A model generated the notes under the pieces. It was given only the letters and a program-made list of their open reading frames with translations. It ran no database searches and was not told where the DNA came from. Position numbers and translations under genes: made by a program. A DNA stretch of 64,000 nucleotides from Penicillus capitatus (taxonomy: Eukaryota > Plantae > Chlorophyta): positions 1,053,197-1,117,196 of the forward strand of contig OZ287694.1 in the NCBI GenBank assembly GCA_965649825.1. The letters are read 5' to 3'. Within the stretch, counting starts at the first letter, position 1. Each line of letters opens with the position of its first letter. Below are positions 25,301 through 36,893 of the stretch, in pieces.

Positions 25301-26548
25301 CTACACGGTCGGGTTTTCCTTAAGATACTGTGAAGCCCACCTCGAAACAATAACGGCGTCAATGAAGAGCTGGCTGATGTGGCCAACGATGCAAGGGATC
25401 GTGATCAGGCCCAGGTCTCCGATCTCGTCTTCGTTTAGGTACGAGATCACGGTGACCGAAACGGGGAGCGTCTTCTGGCTGCTCATGAGGAGGACGGCCT
25501 TCATCTCGCGCTCATCGAGTCGGAGGAGGCGAACGGCGACGTAGTTCATCGACAGAAAGACGAGGTGCATCGACACGCCGGCGACGACGACGCGGGCGAC
25601 GTTGCCGGCCGACTGGTCCAGCAGGGTGTCCCTCGATGTGCTCAGGTTCTGCCAGACGATGCAGATGAGGTTGGCGTTGCTGATCAGACCCAGCGCCACC
25701 TTGTGCGCTTTCACGAACTCCTGTATTCTCTGGCTGCTCTCCCGGATGGCCTTGCCGACGATCAGCGGCACGAGGACCGTCAGCGCCATCTTCATCAGCA
25801 GGTCGGCGGCGTCGATCTCGACGCTGGTGCCCGATGCCACGATCCACTGCACGAAGAAGGGGACGGTGAGGATGCCGATGAGGTTCGTGGCGACCGTCAG
25901 CATCAGCGCCAGCGTGCCGTTCCCGTACGCCTGCGTGACCAGCGTGACGCCGGACGTCAGCGTGGTCGGAACGATGGCGAAGATGGCCAGGCCGATCGAG
26001 AACTCTTCCGGTCCCAGCGGAATGTTGATGAGTCCGAAACCGAAACATGGCGTGACCAGGAGAATTGCGATCAGACCAGCAACTAATCCTTGCCAAGCTT
26101 TGAGTGCTGCCCACACATCTTCTGTTTTTAGTGTCGCTCCAGATATTACGAAGATGATAAAAACATTAAATGTGCTAATCACACCGTAATCTTCAACCTA
26201 CATCAAAGAGGAATTGATTTCCCTTCTCTACATCGTCTACAGGAATTCCGACCTCCCATTCTTTTACTTTTTCTCCTGGAGTCGGATAAATCAGCGCCAC
26301 AACTAAGACGAATAAGAATCCTAATGGTAGAAAGTGCTTAATGAGCTTTTCTTTAAGCCAGGGCCTAAAGCAGACACTTCTGCATTCGAGTTCCCAAATG
26401 TGCTTTTCAACCACGTCATACGCCACGAGAGTGTCTCATCTTTCACATTTTTTAACAACGAAACATCTTTTTCGACAGGAACTTCGATTTCCAGTCCCTC
26501 GTACGTTACACTTGCGGCGTTTTTATCCATTGACTCTGAAGTCATCAT
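25301..26548 (-). CDS. Sodium/metabolite (BASS4/SLC10A7-type) transporter, tandem copy 2
   Basis: Same motifs as copy 1; upstream exons HFLPLGFLFVLVVALIYP; probable ATG 26548. Confidence 0.9.
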
Positions 26549-26795
26549 TTTGCACAAATCTGATCCCGCATCAAATACGAACACCGCAGATTTTAAGGAG
26601 CAAACGTTCCATCGTGCGGTTAGTATCCTGCCGCGTGGATTTCTGCATCGGCAGTTCGTCGAGGATTCCTAACGTTCGTTGTTTTATTCGCCAACGTCGA
26701 GCTTTCTGTTTTATTAGCCGCACCAAGTTGTTCGAGGAAAGAAGCGTTGCGTGGGGGCTCTCTTCTTTTCTCCGGTCTGCACTTCATACAGAAAC

Positions 26796-29175
26796 ATGCG
26801 ACGTTCATACAACGCCAAGGCTTCTGTCAAGAGACATTCCATTATTCGAGACGCTTATGGATTCGAAGTCCGTGTCATCTTCCAGAATCTATGTCGGGAA
26901 CAGACGATGCCTCTCAGGTGCCCCAGAATCTGGCGAGCCTATACTCGGAGCACACTTCAACTTGGGTCGCTGAAGAAAAGCGCCGCACTGATAAGTGGCT
27001 ACAATTCCTCAAAGACATCTGTCCACCAGAGCACCAACAAAAGAGTCCGTAAGGCACGCAGCCAGCCTCTGTTCTTCATCTGTCGTGCTGTAGATGTTAT
27101 CTTTGCTGGTTTCTGGGATGACGTTTTGGAAGCGAGTCTGAAACGCGTCGTCAAGGAACAGAAAACGCGTCCGGGTGACAACGATTTGGGAGATCGCCTC
27201 GATAGCCTAGTTCGCATGGGCATACCATCCTTTTTACGCAGTTACGCATGGGGACTCTTTTTGGGCTACGATTCCGAAAAGACACCTGGCTTATTCAAGC
27301 TACTGTCGAGCCAGACGCAATCGACTTCGCCGTCAACACTGCGCCCTTCTCGAACAGTGGATGATGATACATGTGGACACCGGCATCTGCTGAGAAGGTA
27401 CAGCTCAGTAGACAGCAAAGAACTGGAGAGCCTAGATGAAAACGACACCTACCAGGACGAATCACTATTCCACTGGTCCGGTCATCGCATCCGAAATGCC
27501 CACCTCTCTATGTATGCCTGTGTTTCTGCAGTGAGCAGACCGTTGAGCAAATCAACAAAGATCTAGATCGGACATTTCCTGGCCATCCTCTGATGGACGC
27601 GAGCGGAAAAGAAGCCCTTCGTCAGATCCTGGTCGCCTTCTCGCACTATCGGCCAGACATCGGTTACTGTCAGGTATGGATGGATGGCTCAATGGCTTTC
27701 TCGGCTGAACCTCTGATCTGCATCACAGGGAATGAATTTCATCTCAGGTCTACTGCTTTTGTTTCATCAGCCCGAAGATGCTTTCTGGAATCTGTCATCC
27801 ATCATTGAGCATCTCTTACCGAATCAGTTCGATAGGGATATGTTACCTGCAGTAGTCGACAAACTTGTCTTCAGTCACCTCGTTCAACAGTACTTTCCGG
27901 ACCTGGCACTTCATCTAGAGGAGCTAGCCGTCGATGTCTCTTACCTCTGCCCGCATTGGTTCCTGTGCTGTTTTGTCAACGCTCTGCCAATGGAGACCTG
28001 TCTGCGAGTGTGGGACGTTCTCTTCTGGGAAAGAAAACCTAATGTCCTGTTCAAAGTACGCCGCCACCACCTATCCTTCAGTCATGCATCGGAGGAAAAC
28101 GGCTCTTTTAGGTTGCTCTCGCGCTTGTTGATTTCTATTCCGAAGTGGGAGTGTCTTCTTTGGTGGGCAGAGATCTCATAGAGTGTGCCGTGTGTTGTAG
28201 GATTTGATGAATATTCGAAATGCGGCACAGGCGTGGGAGCAGTTGCAAAACATGGCGGCCTCATTCTTCGACAGCAGCCGACTGATAGAAACGGCATGTC
28301 TAAAATTTGACGATGTCGATGAATTTCGCGTCGGCGAACTTCGTCGCAGTTATCTCGATCGAATCAAAGAACAAAGCATCAAAGGTTTTCTGTCAAGGGC
28401 TTCGGCAGAGAAGGACGTGCACTGCCGTGTAGATCTCTTGGGCAAAGGAAGCAATTTCGGAAACGATGACGTTTCGGCGACGACGACGCCGACGAAGATC
28501 CTGGCAGCCTCCGCGAGTCTCGTGCGCAACAGCTCGGCCTTTTCTTCGACGAGCAGCACCATCGGAACTCGGGGGCAGGGGGATGTGCATAGCAGTCTAC
28601 GGGGAGATGAGAATCGACGCCTTGTCCGTGATCTCTTGACGCAGCTACAAGAAACGGGCAGCGCTGTGCCCGATGGTAAGCATCCGATGGGCTCTTCCTC
28701 CTTGCGCCAAACAAGGCCTGCCTCCCTAGATGTCTGTTCGAAAATTCACGAACTGATCGATCGCCTAGCTGAAACCGAAACTGAATGCCGAGATGCTCAA
28801 CTGCAATTGAATGCCACGTGCAAAGAAATTACAAAAGCGAACGAAGCAAACCGTTCCTTGAAAGGCCGTCTCGGCGCCGTCTACACCGAACTTGACAAAA
28901 AGAACGAATGCCTAGACCGGATGATTGCCAAATGCCAAGTCCTTACTGAAAAAGTGGCAGCACAGGAAGAAGTACAACATCACAGATGCACCATCCCTCC
29001 ATACCTAACACCATGTGTCCTGTATCACCAAGGTGATCTGCAAACAGAGGCGTATGATGTCTTACAGGGAAGGCGCAACGCCAACCAACAACAGTGCGTA
29101 TTCAGAAGGATTGTTCATGTGACGAGAGAGTGCTGTGCTGATCAGGTCATGCGTCATCGACGGCTGCAAGGGTGA
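26796..29175 (+). CDS. TBC-domain Rab GTPase-activating protein with C-terminal coiled coil, multi-exon
   Basis: RDAYGF, GIPSFLRSYAWGLF, EQINKDLDRTFPGHP, DIGYCQ|GMNF, WFLCCFVNALP, LRVWD. Confidence 0.9.
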
Positions 29176-29639
29176 CGAGCAGCAGAGACAGAGGCACGCA
29201 GAGTCTCAAGAACTTGTTTGCGTTCCGTAGATGAGAAGTCGCAACGTCACATCGCACACCGTCTGTTTGTCTGTCGATCTGTCTGTCGATTTATTTAAAC
29301 GGGGAATCCAGCTATTCTTTCTAATAACATTTGGTCAAGCAGTGTTACTGTGGGAATCTTGGTTTCCCCTGACTAGATTTTTGGGGTGACGCCAGAGTCA
29401 CATCTATTCCTGTATACTTTTGCCGAATGTTGCGGATCTTACAGATACATTGCGGCTTGATGGGACGTTTCATTAGCTTATCTTTCACTGGATTAAATGG
29501 CGCTCTGTTCTCAGAAAGTTCAAATTTATAGCATCGTTGCTATGCAATGGGATGCATGCATGCTATCATGTGACGTCTGGTCTGCTTTGAGAATGAAATG
29601 GCGAATCCAGAGTCGCGTTAAAACAGAAAGATAGATGCC

Positions 29640-31114
29640 TTATTCCTTCGTCTTGGTAACGTCAACTTCCTTCTCTTCTTTATCTGCCGAAGAAGGCTCG
29701 TCTGTTTCGGATCGCATTTCATCAAAGTAGGAATGCTCTAAGGTCGCCACGATCTAAAAGACATAACAGCCATACCTCAGTCCATCATTTTCCAGATGGC
29801 GACCCCCTACGCTGATGCGCTTGGCCGGGTCATAGGTCAGAAGCTGCTCCAGGAGATCAAAGGCCTTATCATCGATGCCATCTTCGAACCTCTCTCTCAA
29901 CTTGTACTGTTTAAAGCATGGGTATTCGCTAGGCACGACACACAGGCGCTGCAAATAGGGTGCACAAGTATGATGTGTTCAGACTGGTAGTCGGTGAGTG
30001 TATGAAATTGCGACCATGTTTCCAAGGTGGGCGTGCCCATTGTCTCAAATATCTTCACCAGCTGGTGGAATTCGCCACTTCCACAAAACAGTGCCTTCTA
30101 AGCTCTCTGTTTTCCCACAGGTGCTGCATCGACGCAGTGGACTTACTCTTAGAAAAAACTCAGCAAAGATGCATCCGACACTCCACATATCGACAGCGTG
30201 GCTGTAGTACTCTGCGCCCAGCAGCACCTCGGGAGCGCGATAGTAGAGGGATCCGATTTCGTGTGTCAGCTGCGGAACTGGCAACGCGTGTGTTCTGCCC
30301 AGTCCAAAATCTGCGATCTTCAGGGATGGTTCGTCCTCCTGCGTTGTGTCGATCAAAATGTTCTGCGGTTTCAGATCACGATGAAACATTCCTCTGCCAT
30401 GCATCGAACGCAATCCCGTACACAACTGAAACATCAGACTCTGCATTCACCAAAGCCAGTCACTCTATACAAGGCCATACGTTCGGGCACTACTTTGATA
30501 ATACTATCTGGAATGGGCGATGATCGGCGATGGATATACTTGCGCAAATCACAGGACATACAGTCGAACACCTGCATCGCCTTGGCTTGGTTGCATAATC
30601 ATTGAGCACCACGGCGTTACCAAATTGAGTTCGCAGTCGAACATTCCTCGATCGAAATCGTAGAACACATCTCGAAGTCTGCCACCAACATCGCGGCAGA
30701 ACGAAACCTCTTCCGCTGCTCAGGCGACGGACGTACTGGATGACGTGGGGATTGTCGGCCAGGAGTCTCAGAATCGTTATCTCGCGCATCGTCGTTGCCG
30801 GAATACCGGCGTCTATATCCTGCGAGAGCACACAGTCGTGATGACGCCACCGTGGGCATAGCAGACGGCACGGCCTTCGCCGTTTTGCCGCCCCACGATG
30901 CGCCCCATCCGCAGCGTCCTATCTATGGCGTTACCTCGATCACAATCTTCTTGATGGCGACTGTGTCGCCCGTTTCCTCGTCCTTGGCACGCCATACCGA
31001 TCCATATCGTCCCTCTCCAAGTCGCGTCCCTTTCTTCTCGATGCGATAGCGTTTCCAAAACTCTCTGCTCTTCTCCGTACGGATGCAACTCTCCGTCGAC
31101 GACGACATCGGCAA
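29640..31114 (-). CDS. Divergent cyclin-dependent kinase (CDKB/CDKA-like), multi-exon
   Basis: LGEGRYGSV, VAIKK, GIPATTMREI (PSTAIRE-equivalent), HRDLKPQNIL, KIADFGLGR, YRAPEVLLG, DMWSVGCIFAE, LLTYDPAKRIS. Confidence 0.9.
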
Positions 31115-31208
31115 AGAAGTCGCCCGTCACGCCAGAAAAGAACACGCGCAAAATGCAATGCTCTGTTTGGAAAATGCATTTCATTGAAGCGGGCTGCGTT
31201 CGAATAGC

Positions 31209-33279
31209 ATGATATTATCCAGCAGGTGTCGCTTTGCTGTTTCGACACTCGTCGCGCTAACGATCGTCGTTTTCGCGTTCGCCCTGCATCAAGCGGATGA
31301 AAAGTTTCGCGCTCTGTCGCACTTGTTCGAAGAGATGGACGATAATCACGACGGACAGGTCGATGAAATGGAGGCGAAGAAATACATAGGCGAACAGATA
31401 GGCGGACATGAGTTCGATAGCCCCGTCGAACTGACAGTGGCATTTCATCACATGGTCACGAATATTGACAAGGACATCGAAACACCAAGCCACACAATAT
31501 CGCAAGAGGAGGTCAAACAACACTTGGTCGATTTACAACACGTTCCTTTCCAACAGACAACGCTGCAGCAGAGAACAGCTCTGTCGTTTAGGCGGTTTCG
31601 GTCATGGAATGGGTGCAGCATGGACTGGGACTGCCGCAGTACGCTGAGACTTTTCGCGAGAATGTCATCACAGCTGCCGATTTTCCGCTGCTTGTCAACG
31701 ATGAAGGCAGCATCCTTGAAGAGGAGCTTCTTGTTGTCTCCCTCATTAACAGCAATGCCATCTCATGATCCCATCCCTTGTAGATTTCTAAGCGACTGCA
31801 CCGAAATCAGATCGTGCGGGGGATGAAACGATTAATTTTGGGATTGGGCGAATTGCCTTCACCCCCACAAGTACGCAACCGTCCATCCTATGGGATTTGA
31901 AGAATCGCATGGGGGCTGAACAGATCGTTGGATGTTGGAGTGAAGCAATGACACAGACGATGTTGCAATGGAAGGCGCCATCGAAACAGACACAGCCTCC
32001 TGTGCACAAATACGTGATCGAGAGTCGGCAGGACACGTCATGGACATTGATGTCAGAGGTGGAGGCTGTTTCTCAGAAACAGTATGTGCAACGCGTGGAT
32101 CATGGCTCTGGCAAATTTATCTTCAGAATCGTGGCATGGACAGTTTATGGCCGCAGTCCCTATGCCTTCTTCTCCGACTGTCTTCCATCACCACAGCCAT
32201 CTTATCAACGCATGCTGTCTGCTCGTGCTTCCCCTTCAACAGCCAAGACTACGGCATCGAAGAGCATTTCTGTCGAAGAAGCAACGGCACACGGAATGAA
32301 AAACGAGAAAGAGATGGCGAGGGCTGGATATTGGAGTGTTTTTGTGATTTTTGTGACGATTGCCTTGCGTATACTCACAACAAGGAACATTGCGATTCTC
32401 AAATGCTGTTTGCTTTCTGAACTGGAGAAGATGGCCTCCAATCTCAGATTGCATTTCCTTGAACAGCGTTTGAGACGCATTGAGCGACGAGAATGCGAAT
32501 ACTGCAAGACACACTGTCGTCGTCACAAAACGGAAGATCGTCCTCAAGAATCGCCTCCAGCTCTGGTGCGACAGAAGGCGATCAGTCATAAGATCAACAA
32601 ACCCACTCAGCACTTTGGTCTGGATGAGGCGTCCATGGTCGTTTCTAAATCCAGTCCATCACTCGGCGATCGCAAGACCGACTATCAATTGACAGAATGG
32701 AATGTCGATGAGGCGACGGCATCTATCGAGAAGCTGCCTCTTCCGGAGTACACGACCAGCGTTTGGGATGACAGTGAAGGGGGTCCATTGCAGTCTCGGG
32801 CATCATCCACCTTCTCCGACGTTCAAGTCGAGCTTGTTGAAGGGCAATGTGCTTTCGAAGGGTAAGCCCGTTTTGCCTCTGCTCAGAAGCAGCTTTGATT
32901 TGACAGGTGTTCGCGGCAGTGGAAAGGACTGGCTCGATTTCGCAATCGATGGTCTCGCCATTTCTGCTCGGTTTGTCTAAGAACCTACTGCTACGAACAC
33001 ACGCATTACTCATCTCATGGCTCTTTTGGATACTGTGGACAGCAGTCGAGCTGTGTCTGCGAAAACTGCTTCTACAAACTCTCTCCTGCCACCCAGATGC
33101 AGCTGGAGGCGATAAATAAACTGGACAAGAGTCTTTCAAAGAAAGCAGACTTGGAGCGAGGATGCAGTCGACGCGAACAACGTTTGAGTATGCGCTCCCT
33201 TTTCCGATCTGCTCCGAAGTTTGGAAGCAACAAGAGCGTAAAAATACAGAAAGAAAGACAAGAGACTGACAAGACTTAA
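31209..33279 (+). CDS. STIM-like type I membrane protein: signal peptide - EF hand - SAM - FN3 - TM - Cys/His zinc finger (5 exons, 623 aa)
   Basis: Exons 31209-31541, 31592-31732, 31784-31870, 31924-32861, 32907-33279 join in phase with GT-AG introns. Canonical EF loop DDNHDGQVDEME; SAM EWVQHGLGLPQYAETFREN; FN3 LQWKAP...YVIE...FIFRIVAWTVYGRSP; TM YWSVFVIFVTIALRIL; CAFEGC...RHFCSVCLRTYCYEH...VCENC. Confidence 0.8.
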
Positions 33280-33446
33280 GCATTTCGCTGTATAATATGC
33301 CACAGACATGATTGTCGTACGGATACGTCCGTGAAAACACGCCTGCTACTCCAGCAGACAGTGATGTCGAATTTAGGCATCGCACGCATTGTGACCGCGG
33401 AATTTGCTCAAACGCGTTTCTCGCAGTGTTTGTTTGTCCAGCAGAT

Positions 33447-34215
33447 ATGAGGGTGTGCGTTTTTTGCGGCTCCTCGTACCTAGCCAACAAAGTACACGTC
33501 GAGGCCGCAAAGCATGTTGCCAATGCCATCGTTGCACGACGTGCACAACTTGTCTACGGAGGTCGACGTCCAATCCCTAACCGCATCGACGTTCCTGTGT
33601 CCAGGCGGCTCATTGGGTCTCATGGGCATCGTTGCCCAGATCGTGCGTGCTTCCAACCCTCGTCCTGTTTCCACGTCCAAGTCATGTCTCAGGTTTCGCA
33701 GGATTTAGGTAAAGATGCTGTCCTCGGGTTCATTCCAGAGAAATTTATCGAGGTCACGCCTCAAAGTAAGGTGGGTGTATCGTCGTTAAGGTGTGTGTGG
33801 ACGTCAGGGAATGGGCGAACACATTGGAGTGACCGTTGTTGTCAAGAGTATCGAAGAGCGTAAGCAGAAAATGTTTGAGAACAGTGATATCTTTCTCGCT
33901 CTTGCTGGGAGCTATGGTACAATGGAAGAGATCTGTGCCGCAATGACGCAGTATACGGTGTGTCAGAGCAAAAAGCCAGTCGGACTGCTCAACACGAATC
34001 ACTTCTATGACAAACTCATCGAACAGTTCGACGTCGCTGTTCAAGAAGTCTCTCTTCTGAGCGTTTCATGAGACACCACACCCGAACGACCGTCGTTTCA
34101 GGGATTCATGAAAAAAGAGTACCGAGAAGCATTGATTGTATCGGAACAGCCAGAGGATCTCCTTGCAGCTCTGAAGGATCGTTGGGAGCAAGATCGCCAG
34201 GACACACAGAATTGA
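33447..34215 (+). CDS. LOG: LONELY GUY family cytokinin riboside 5'-monophosphate phosphoribohydrolase-like protein, multi-exon
   Basis: RVCVFCGSS, LVYGG|GSLGLMG, ERKQKM, FLALAGSYGTMEE (PGGxGTxEE variant), KPVGLLNTNHFYD. Confidence 0.9.
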
Positions 34216-34258
34216 TGTGACAGACAGAAGAGTGAGAATCCACTGCATCACGTTCAAA

Positions 34259-34795
34259 TCAAAACCTCGCCGTGATATGCAGTTCATTTGTGCCGGTCTC
34301 GTAGAATCGAGCCAGCATTTCAGTGAACATCATGGCGGAGATGGCATGGGTCTTCATTGTCATCTCCACGCCATATGTCGTAAAGAAGAACTGCTCTCTG
34401 GCTTTCTTGTCAATATGTGGACCCTTGAGCACGGTAAAGAGCCTCTTCCTTCGCGGCAGATGTCTCACAGTCACCGGTTCCAAACACTCCTGCGACTGCC
34501 GCATAGCGAACAGCCCGAGGGCGCGCCGCAGCGTTTCTTTTGCTTCGGGTGAGATCTCCTGAGGCGTTTCGCTGTCGATGTGACGCAGCTTCGCTCTCCA
34601 GTAACGCAGGACGGCTGGGAGGAAGATAGCGCGTCTGAGATGACGGTCACGGAGATCGGAGAGCAGGCGGAATCCACTGTCGTCCGTGCCGTAGATGCGG
34701 CAGGTCATTCCACGAGACAAGAGGCGCTGCATCTGGATGCATCTATCGTCGCCGTACAGACCACTCGTCAATGCCGCCCGATTCAGACGAGCCAT
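34259..34795 (-). CDS. rps10: Mitochondrial ribosomal protein uS10m
   Basis: VRHLPRRKRLFTVLKGPHIDKKAREQF S10 signature; basic N-terminal presequence. Confidence 0.85.
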   Translation of the reverse strand: MARLNRAALTSGLYGDDRCIQMQRLLSRGMTCRIYGTDDSGFRLLSDLRDRHLRRAIFLPAVLRYWRAKLRHIDSETPQEISPEAKETLRRALGLFAMRQSQECLEPVTVRHLPRRKRLFTVLKGPHIDKKAREQFFFTTYGVEMTMKTHAISAMMFTEMLARFYETGTNELHITARF

Positions 34796-34962
34796 CGCCA
34801 CCGAGCAGTCGGTTGGCAAATCGCATTACTCAAGCCGCTGAACATGGACAGCGTGTTTTCTGCGATATTGGAAGGACAATAGGACGCACGGCTGCTTCGG
34901 CACAAGAGCTGCTGTCAGACCCAGAACTGCGACGGTCTGTCCGTTGAGAAAATTCGCCCGAT

Positions 34963-36789
34963 ATGAACCGCCTGGCCCTGCCGTGCAGGAAAGGACGCAT
35001 TCTGTTGGTGCACGAAGCATCCCGTGGGATTCGAGAGATTCAACAGAAGGTTGGAAACGCAGCTGGCAGTCTGGGACGGAGTCTGCAGCAAGGAGCCGGA
35101 ACGATACAGCGGGGAATCGCGTCTGGCCCGCGCCAGCTTCAAGTGCGTTGCTTACCCTGTCGAGTGAGAATGCGAGCGTTGCACCAGGGAGCCCTGGAGA
35201 GAGTTCGGCAACGCGTGAATGAAGCGCGTTATGCAAATCTGTTAGAGATTCACAGTAGTCTTGAAGTGGATGTTCAGATAGCAGGAAAGCTCTATGAAGA
35301 TACGCCTCAAGAGATAAGATCGCGACTGTGGGCCGCATTGGTGCAGAATCCAATGCTGGGGCCTATTTCGACGGAGCCTATTCCAGATGTAAGCACTCTT
35401 TTTGGCAAGACATAGATGTTTAAGGCCAGCAAGAATGCAGGAAAATAATCATCGGTGTCGGTCCGCCGTGTCTGACGCTGTACGTGTCAACGAAGAAGCA
35501 GAGGTTAGAGTGAGAAGTGTGAGAATGGCTGAGATATGGTGGTGTGTTGACAGGGAAGCGGTGTGGCAGACCACGTTGACGAAGAGGGATGGGAATTGGT
35601 AGACAGTCCGTTTGCGAGGCGTGTCGCCAGTACCCAAGAAATCGCGTCACCGGCTTTCGTTTCTATGGAGTATCTTCTGGAGGCGATGTCCAAAGTGGAG
35701 TGGCCCCTGGATGACTCCATTTCTGAAGACTCCAATTACAACACTCTGATCCAAATCACGATCGGCCAGGACGAAATCGACGAGATCATTCGACGAGACA
35801 TCCATCGAACATTTCCGGAACTCCCCCATTTCAATCTGCCAGAAAAGAGAACAGCATTGTTTAACATCCTAAAAGCCTATTCTCTGCATGACTTGGAGGT
35901 TGGATACTGTCAAGGAATGGGATTTGTTGCGGGTATCTTGCTACTGTACTTGCCAGACGAATGGGCTTTCCGAATGCTCTGTCAACTCATGAGCGAGCAA
36001 CATGTCAATCTCCGGCGTTTCTACCTTCCAGGCAGGACATCGAGATCCGTAGGTCCGTAGGTCCTCCTGCTGAACGATCTTTTGCCGCAGGGCTGGAGCC
36101 TTTGAAGATGGAGTTGTGGAATCTGGAGTGGCTTCTGGAGAAGCATCTGCCTATTCTGTGGAATCATCTCAAAGAACACTGTGTCAGTGCTGTGCTGTAT
36201 GCATCGCAGTGGTTCTTAACCTCATTCTCCTGTCCCTTCACCGAGAACTTTGCTGCTCGAGTCCTGGATCTGATGATGCAAGAGAAATCCTACATCCCAC
36301 TTCTGCGCATCGCTTTTGCTGTTTTGGTTCAGTTAGGAGAAGAGATTCTTCAGCTGGATAACTTTGAAGATATTCTCACACACATCAAGGCATCCATCAA
36401 CCCATTTCACTGAAATCTAATTACTGAGGAAGACATGTGCGTATGCTCTGCTGTAGGTCAAGCCATTGTCGTGGGATCTCCCGACGATCCGAAGCGTGTT
36501 CGCTGCCTCTCTTACCTCACCGATCACGCAAGAAGATGTGCAATCTGCCAAAGAATCTTACCGCCTACTGCAGCCGTCTGAATCCTTATCTGCCAGCCAA
36601 AGAGATTCCACCACTGCCACTTCACAGACAGATGATCTGCCATCGACGGACGCACACGAAGAGGAAGAAGTGATGCAGATGGAACCCAGTCAAGCCGATC
36701 TGCAGATGATGATGTCGATGGACATGCTGCTCGATGTTGAGGTGCCCGAACAGGACCCCATCGTTGGCGGAAAACAAAAAACAGACTGA
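34963..36789 (+). CDS. TBC-domain Rab-GAP (EVI5-like), multi-exon
   Basis: IRRDIHRTFP, LFNILKAYSLHDLEVGYCQGMGF, YASQWFLTSF, ARVLDL. Confidence 0.9.
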
Positions 36790-36893
36790 AGATGTGCGCT
36801 TAAATGATGAGAACCGTCTCAAATATGTATTCTAGTTCGTTACAGTTTCCTCCACTGTTCTGGTTTATGTACGTTTTTAAATGACACTGTTGG

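Noticed and set aside
22536-26189. Long plus-strand and alternate-frame ORFs over the BASS cores (22536-23471, 22870-23571, 25565-26086, 25602-26189)
   Set aside because: Shadow ORFs expected from GC-rich third positions; no family motifs.
34826-35353. 175-aa minus-strand ORF
   Set aside because: Antisense to the first exons of the TBC gene, with no recognisable motif.
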